This document shows, piece by piece, positions 58,419-64,000 of a stretch of DNA of 64,000 bases. A program made the translations under genes and the position numbers. This stretch comes from an uncultured Rothia sp. (GTDB taxonomy: Bacteria; Actinomycetota; Actinomycetes; Actinomycetales; Micrococcaceae). Under the pieces are notes generated by a model. It was not told where the DNA came from. It worked only from the letters and a program-made list of their open reading frames with translations, and did not search any database. Where the stretch lies: the NCBI GenBank assembly GCA_963521575.1, contig CAUQVM010000001.1, positions 285 through 64,284 of the forward strand. Reading direction: 5' to 3'. Numbering within the stretch: position 1 is the first letter of the stretch; each line of letters begins with the position of its first letter.

Positions 58419-60236
58419 CTAGTCGGGTAGCTGTCCCAGCTTAACCAGGTTGGCAAACTCGGCGTTCATCTGCTGAACCTCGCTGAAGGTACCCTGGCTG
58501 GCAATTGAACCCTTCGAGAGGAAGACCAGCTGGTCCACGTTACGCACTGTGGAGAGGCGGTGAGCCACAATAATGACCGTAATATCCTTGGAGATACGCT
58601 CAATGGTCTTCGTAATCTTGTGCTCAGTCTCGTTATCCAGCGCGCTGGTAGCCTCGTCAAGGATGAGCACGCTCGGGTTCCGGTACAGAGCGCGGGCAAT
58701 GCCCAGACGCTGCTTCTGACCACCCGAGAGGCGAGTTGCGTTGTAACCAATCATGGTGTGCAGGCCGTTCTCAAGGGAGTCAACGACCTCGGTCAACGCC
58801 GCCACCTCGAGGCAGTACTTAACGCGTTCCACATCAATTTCCTCGGGCTTGAGACCAAAGGCCACCGCCTCAAGTACGGTGGAATCGGCAATAAAAACAT
58901 CCTGGGGCACGTAGCCCATGCGCTGATGCCAGGAGCGCAGATCCTTCAGAATCGGTTCGCCGTTCTGCAGAATCTGCCCGTGAGTCGGGGCAAAGAGACC
59001 CAGAATCAGGTCGATTAGGGTGGTCTTACCCGAACCCGAACCACCCACAAAAGCAATTGAGGAACCCATCGGGATATCCAAAGTGATGTTGTTAAGCACG
59101 GGCTTATCGCCGTCGGGGTACTGGAAGCTCAGATTATCGACCTGAATATTGACCGGCTCAATCGTCGGGTTAATGTACTCGTAGTTCTCCGGAACAACGG
59201 GCTTTTCAGGAAGCTTGAACATGCGCTCTTCGGGGGTAAGATGCTCCAGCTCTTCCAGAAGCTTCTCACTGGAGTGTTCACCGGCTCGGATGCTACCGAG
59301 AGAGGCCACCATGCGGGTGTAGTTCGGCAGAATTCGAATGCAGGCACCGGCAAAAAGAACCAGGTAGCCGGTGCTATCCGCGCCCTGGGTTGCGCTCATA
59401 AAAGCCAGCAGGGCCGCGATACCGATAATGAAGATAATCTCCAGCGTGTACTTGGGAAACTCCGCGAGGAAGGAGCTGCGCATCGAAGCGTTCACCGAGT
59501 CCAGACGCTTCTCCTGGTAGCGGTAGGTGTAGCGGTCGGTTACGCCGTACATGCGAATCTCGCGGAAACCCACCACAGCCTCAATGGCGGCGTCCAGAGC
59601 GCCCTTCGTGGCATTCAGAACAATGACACCCTGCTCACGGTTCTTACGCTTGAGAATGTTCTGCAGGATAAAGGATGCCACTCCGAAGTAGCTGAAGGCC
59701 AGTAGCGCGGGAACCGGCATAATAACCAGCAACATCACCATTAGCACAATAATTGACAGCAGGTCACCAATAAAGCCCAGCACGCCGTTCACAAAGGTAC
59801 CGTATGCCTGGCCAACCACATCGTTTACCGAGTTCAGGACGGGGGCGGTACCGCGCTTACGATGATCCAGGTAGGATTCACGCATGTATCGGTTTAGCAG
59901 GGTAACGGATACCGCGCTCTGCTGGGTAGCGATAAAGCCCAGGCTCCAGCGGCGGATAATGAGCGAAAAAACACCCTTGAAAACAAACGCCGCGACAAGG
60001 GCCACACCAAAAATTAGGATGAGGGTGGGGGTGTCCGGATCGCCAAAGAAGTTAGAAACCTTCAGGATAAAGCCTTCACGCGGAGTGCCCATAACGAGGT
60101 TTACCAGGGGAAGCACCAGGGCTACACCGAGCATCTCGAATAGGGATACGGCGAAGAGCCCAAGGACGTTTAGGATAAGAAGCCTAAATTTTTTACCCGG
60201 GAAGAAGATCCGGATCTTAGAGTACACACTCTTCAC
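58419..60236 (-). CDS. ABC exporter (TMD + NBD), PglK/MsbA-like
   Basis: N-terminal TM domain; GGSGSGKT, LSGGQKQR, ILDEATSALD and AHRLST motifs. Confidence 0.88.
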   Translation of the reverse strand: MKSVYSKIRIFFPGKKFRLLILNVLGLFAVSLFEMLGVALVLPLVNLVMGTPREGFILKVSNFFGDPDTPTLILIFGVALVAAFVFKGVFSLIIRRWSLGFIATQQSAVSVTLLNRYMRESYLDHRKRGTAPVLNSVNDVVGQAYGTFVNGVLGFIGDLLSIIVLMVMLLVIMPVPALLAFSYFGVASFILQNILKRKNREQGVIVLNATKGALDAAIEAVVGFREIRMYGVTDRYTYRYQEKRLDSVNASMRSSFLAEFPKYTLEIIFIIGIAALLAFMSATQGADSTGYLVLFAGACIRILPNYTRMVASLGSIRAGEHSSEKLLEELEHLTPEERMFKLPEKPVVPENYEYINPTIEPVNIQVDNLSFQYPDGDKPVLNNITLDIPMGSSIAFVGGSGSGKTTLIDLILGLFAPTHGQILQNGEPILKDLRSWHQRMGYVPQDVFIADSTVLEAVAFGLKPEEIDVERVKYCLEVAALTEVVDSLENGLHTMIGYNATRLSGGQKQRLGIARALYRNPSVLILDEATSALDNETEHKITKTIERISKDITVIIVAHRLSTVRNVDQLVFLSKGSIASQGTFSEVQQMNAEFANLVKLGQLPD

Positions 60237-60244
60237 AATAAAAC

Positions 60245-61354
60245 CTATACCTTCTGTGAGTACTTCTTCACAATAAAACGATGGGCCGGACGCTCAATCA
60301 GGTAGTGAGCGAGAAGCACGCAAAGGGTTGCAATAACCAGCGAAATCATCATGTACAGCAAGCCGCTCATCCCGCCCCGGGCAGAAGCCGCTGCCGGGAT
60401 AGCATGCACATATACCAGGACCAGTTCGTGCACCAGATAGAACGCGTAGCTTGCTTCGCCTCCAATAATGGCGACCTTCCAGAAAATATTCTTTGCGCGA
60501 GGTTCAGAGGAACGCTGGATATCCCACAGGCCCAATACCAGAATGAGTAGCGCCCACACGGGAGCCAGCAAGAGGCCGTGAGCGGTCTGTAGCAGGTAAA
60601 ACTTTGAGCTCACATACATCGCACCGAACGCCAGAACTATTGCCGCCAGGCAGTGGTAGCCTCGCACAGCGGGAGCCCCATAACCATCCCGAACCTTCAA
60701 TGCAAACAATCCCAGGGCCAGACCCAGCGCAAATTCTCCGGAACGCAGTAGTGGGTTAGCGTAGGCTACGACATCCCAGAAGTTCGACTGCGCAGCAATC
60801 AGGTAGGAAATGGTTGCCATCAGCATAAACCAGGATCCCAAAACAGCCGCTTTCACGCGGTAGCGTAGGCCGTCCAGACGGTTTAACACCAACGGAGTCA
60901 TAAGGTAGAAAAAGGCTTCACACGACAGAGACCAGCTCACCGCGTTATTCGAGAAGATAACCTCCCACGAGGGCACCCATGCCTGCAATAGGAGAAGGTT
61001 TAGCGTGCCGTTTAACGCGTTCAGCGGACCCGCAGCATTTGATATTCCGAAAGCGAGGAAGCCGATAAGCGCAATGCAGTAGAAGAAGAAATGTAGGGGA
61101 TAAACCCTGGCAAATCGTTGAATATAAAAATTCTTCGAACCGGCGTTGCGGTTATATGACCAAGCCAAAACAAACCCGGAAAGAATAAAGAAAAGCGAAA
61201 CGCCCACATATCCAAGGCGCGCCCCAGGAATCCAATGAGCCCAGTGCGTTCCGTGAACCACGTGGTACCCGAAGACGAGCAGTGCGGCGGGGCCACGTAC
61301 TGCGGTGAGTGAGTCGAGCATAATCCGGGGGGCGAGGCGGGCAGGTACCGCCAT
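60245..61354 (-). CDS. Acyltransferase-3 family protein
   Basis: DSLTAVRG, FFILSGF, RFARVYP, WSLSCE and SYAFYLVH motifs. Confidence 0.9.
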   Translation of the reverse strand: MAVPARLAPRIMLDSLTAVRGPAALLVFGYHVVHGTHWAHWIPGARLGYVGVSLFFILSGFVLAWSYNRNAGSKNFYIQRFARVYPLHFFFYCIALIGFLAFGISNAAGPLNALNGTLNLLLLQAWVPSWEVIFSNNAVSWSLSCEAFFYLMTPLVLNRLDGLRYRVKAAVLGSWFMLMATISYLIAAQSNFWDVVAYANPLLRSGEFALGLALGLFALKVRDGYGAPAVRGYHCLAAIVLAFGAMYVSSKFYLLQTAHGLLLAPVWALLILVLGLWDIQRSSEPRAKNIFWKVAIIGGEASYAFYLVHELVLVYVHAIPAAASARGGMSGLLYMMISLVIATLCVLLAHYLIERPAHRFIVKKYSQKV

Positions 61355-62328
61355 CACGCATCCTCCGAGGGAATGGAGCCGTCTTCGTTCCAGGTATCCC
61401 AGTGTAGGAACTTACCGCGCACCATGGGACCTTCCGCCGTGAACTTAATGCGCTCATCCGGACGGCCGTGCGAAATGTTATCCCAGACTTCGGCAATTTC
61501 TGCATCGCTAAGCTTGCTACCCGCCTCCCAGTGGGGGGCGAAGTAGCTCAGATCCTCGCCGGTACGGCGAGAGGTTTCGGTACCCACACGTACCTTACGG
61601 GCAATCTGGGCAATTCCACGGTACTGCAAGTGCACAATCTCAAGATTTTGCACAATATCGCCGAGGCGGTGCACATCATGGTTACCGGGTACCACCACTG
61701 CAAAGGGATGGGCCCGGAAGGCACACTTACCGGGGAAGGGGTAGGAAGTGTCCATGACCAACTCGGTGTTCACAATATCCTTGGGAGAGTCCACCGTGGG
61801 GACTGTGTGGTGAAAACCCGCGTAGTTAATACTTATATTCTGAGGCTGCGCCCGCAAGAAATCGGCAAGATGCTGATTTGGGGCATACCAGAACTCATCA
61901 CCGTCAAAAGGAATAATCCATGAGGCACCGCTACGCCATGCCAGGTGCGAAAGATAGGTAATCTTTTCAGACTGAATGTGGCGATCACAATTATCTTCAG
62001 CAAAGATAAGGCGTGAATCTTCTGCAGCTCGCTGGCGTAAATATTCGCGGGTTCCATCAGTCGAAAGATTATCAGCAACGATAATACGGTCAATTCCCTG
62101 AGCAAAAAGATGATCAAGTACGTACGGTAGAATATCGAGCTCATTCTTAACGACAGAAACAGCCCACACTTCCCGTCGAGGACCCTTGAAATGAGGTGCA
62201 GGAAGATTATGGACTTTCATTTTACGAATGGCTTCAAGTTGATCACGCCAGAGCTTAGGGGTGTTACGTCGTTTGAAAGAGTAACTGAGCTGTCCCAATT
62301 CTGTACGAATCTGCGAGAGAAGGTTCAT
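61354..62328 (-). CDS. Glycosyltransferase family 2 (Glyco_tranf_2_4-like), paralog of 57355
   Basis: VKNELDI, ADNLSTDGT, QSEK and WIIPFDGDEFW motifs; GAAAGG RBS. Confidence 0.85.
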   Translation of the reverse strand: MNLLSQIRTELGQLSYSFKRRNTPKLWRDQLEAIRKMKVHNLPAPHFKGPRREVWAVSVVKNELDILPYVLDHLFAQGIDRIIVADNLSTDGTREYLRQRAAEDSRLIFAEDNCDRHIQSEKITYLSHLAWRSGASWIIPFDGDEFWYAPNQHLADFLRAQPQNISINYAGFHHTVPTVDSPKDIVNTELVMDTSYPFPGKCAFRAHPFAVVVPGNHDVHRLGDIVQNLEIVHLQYRGIAQIARKVRVGTETSRRTGEDLSYFAPHWEAGSKLSDAEIAEVWDNISHGRPDERIKFTAEGPMVRGKFLHWDTWNEDGSIPSEDA

Positions 62329-62649
62329 GATGCCTTTCTCGACCCGCTACAAAAAGCGTAGACGGGCCCATAGATTTGAGGAGTGATGAGCAGATGCTAG
62401 GCATAATTCTAACACGCAGGCTTTCATGAATATCGGAGATCTTTCTGTACTTTAGGTCATCTTTAGCGCCGGAATTTTTCCCCTTTCGATGCATCCCCCA
62501 ACCTACCTGAGGGGCGTTCGCCACACCTTGGGGTACCTAACCTTAGTCGAGGCAAGCAACTCGGTATGATAGATACTATTCATTCAACTTCACCCGACAC
62601 TTCCGGTTTTCGTGTTCACCGTTGGGTACGTCAAGAGAAAAGGCTTTTG

Positions 62650-63876
62650 ATGGGCATCTTTAACATTAAATCCTTCAAGGATAAATACACCCCCGCCGAG
62701 GAGAGCACCGACTCCGCCGGCTCTACCGCTACGTCTCCCGTGACATCTATCGCAGACGGCGTACGCGCGCTCATTAAGAAAAACCCCGATCTGGCAGACA
62801 AGAACCGCTACGGGGTGCGCCAGCGTGCCGTTATCCCCGCCGGTTCGAATCGCGAGACCGTCAGTAACCAGCATGTACAGAGGCCCGTGGAGAGGGCGGA
62901 GCAGGAAAGCGATGCTACCGCATCGGATACTTCCGAGAGCCTCACCCCGAAGACGCCCACTCCCGAACCTCCCGCACCGGAGCCTCTCGCAGCAGTTCCC
63001 GCCCGAGCAGAGAACTTCTCCCCGGATGGCACCGTCACCATTGACGCACAGCCGCTAACCCTCACCGAGACCGAGGCAACGGCCGATGATATCCTTCCCC
63101 TCGATGAAGAAATCTTCCCCATTGAGGAAGAAATCGAGGAAGAAGGTGTCCAGCATGTGGAGCACCACGCCCCGACCGTAGACAAAGATGTTCTCGCCGA
63201 GGAGACCACCTTGGAGCCCCGGCGCGCAACGCCCCAGGCCCGGACGGCACCCTCAACTCACCGCCAGGAGAAAACCTCCGAGCACACACCGCTTTTCAAG
63301 CTCTCCCCCGGTACCTTCACCCGCAGTGGCGTGCACAATGTCGACGGTCCCTTCCAAGCCCTCTTTGTGTGCACCGGTAATATTGCCCGCAGTGCCTCCG
63401 GTGAGGTCATTTCCAAGAAACTAGCTGAAGAGTACGGCCTTGCAGACACCTGGACCTTCGCCAGCGCCGGAACCGGAGCTCTCGTCGGCCAGGGCGTGTA
63501 CAAGCCCATCGCTACCGAGCTCATTAAGCGCGGCTACAACCCCGAAGGCTTTGTATCCCGTCAGCTAACTGAAGAAATGGTTAACCGGGCCACCATTATC
63601 CTGGTCGCTGAGAAAACTCATGCCGACTGGATTGTACGCGAGTGGCCCCAGCACCACGTCAAGATTAAGCTCCTTAAGCAGGCTGTGCGCATCCGTCTGG
63701 AAGCACGCCGCGCAGAACCACTCTCCTACCTACACTCCTACGGTGGAAGCCCCCTCGATACTGACAAGCTCGAGGACCCCTACCGCCGCGGTCCGGCTGC
63801 CGCCAAGGTGGCCGTAGACGAGGTGGAGGAGTCGCTGCGCATTATCCTCCCCTGGCTGGCGCGAGCCCACCGCTAA
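62650..63876 (+). CDS. Low-molecular-weight protein-tyrosine phosphatase (Wzb-like) with long disordered N-terminus
   Basis: FVCTGNIARS (CX5R), SAGT and DPY motifs in the C-terminal ~175 aa; start ATG uncertain. Confidence 0.8.
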   Translation: MGIFNIKSFKDKYTPAEESTDSAGSTATSPVTSIADGVRALIKKNPDLADKNRYGVRQRAVIPAGSNRETVSNQHVQRPVERAEQESDATASDTSESLTPKTPTPEPPAPEPLAAVPARAENFSPDGTVTIDAQPLTLTETEATADDILPLDEEIFPIEEEIEEEGVQHVEHHAPTVDKDVLAEETTLEPRRATPQARTAPSTHRQEKTSEHTPLFKLSPGTFTRSGVHNVDGPFQALFVCTGNIARSASGEVISKKLAEEYGLADTWTFASAGTGALVGQGVYKPIATELIKRGYNPEGFVSRQLTEEMVNRATIILVAEKTHADWIVREWPQHHVKIKLLKQAVRIRLEARRAEPLSYLHSYGGSPLDTDKLEDPYRRGPAAAKVAVDEVEESLRIILPWLARAHR

Positions 63877-63935
63877 CATTACGTACACTGCCTGCAGGTT
63901 ACGCAGATCTAGTCTGCCCATAACCCCAACGCAGA

Positions 63936-63972
63936 AAGTCCCCCAACATCATGTGATGTCGGGGACCTTTTT
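63936..63972 (+). terminator. Rho-independent terminator
   Basis: gtcccccaacatc ... gatgtcggggac followed by ctttttt. Confidence 0.7.
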
Positions 63973-64000
63973 ATGATTCTATCGCGTTGCGGCAGTGAGA

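Overview
GC-rich actinobacterial chromosome segment. Gene content and order are most consistent with Micrococcaceae, probably Rothia (inferred, not searched). The housekeeping backbone is DUF885, a YgiB/YgiC-like pair, maf, biotin carboxylase-BCCP, an MFS transporter, lpdA, mfd, DUF2505, sufU-sufS, pth and rplY. Two surface-glycan islands interrupt it. Island I (~14.9-32.7 kb) has three paralogous secreted proteins with a fibrinogen-like YCDxxxxGGGW domain (one truncated), a lipoprotein, and a Wzx/Wzy/Wzz polysaccharide locus with an Alg14/Alg13-like GT pair, a CDP-alcohol phosphotransferase and a TagD-like cytidylyltransferase. Island II (~36.6-63.9 kb) has dTDP-rhamnose genes, a Wzc kinase and LMW phosphatase, many glycosyltransferases, two acyltransferases, a Wzy-like protein, a PglK-like ABC exporter, a GT11 and a nonulosonic-acid module. 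The most unusual signals are: (1) an NTP_transf_5 nucleotidyltransferase plus PqqD/RRE pair directly behind wzc with no RiPP genes; (2) a four-domain CBS-NeuB-SAF-TIM synthase with NeuA and an orphan candidate NulO transferase but no precursor pathway; (3) the fibrinogen-like/beta-propeller paralog array; (4) an ATP-grasp ligase paired with a Gly/Ser-tailed membrane protein; (5) a short single-domain L25 with a structured leader. No tRNA, rRNA, CRISPR array or intact transposase was recognised. All family calls are by motif recognition only.
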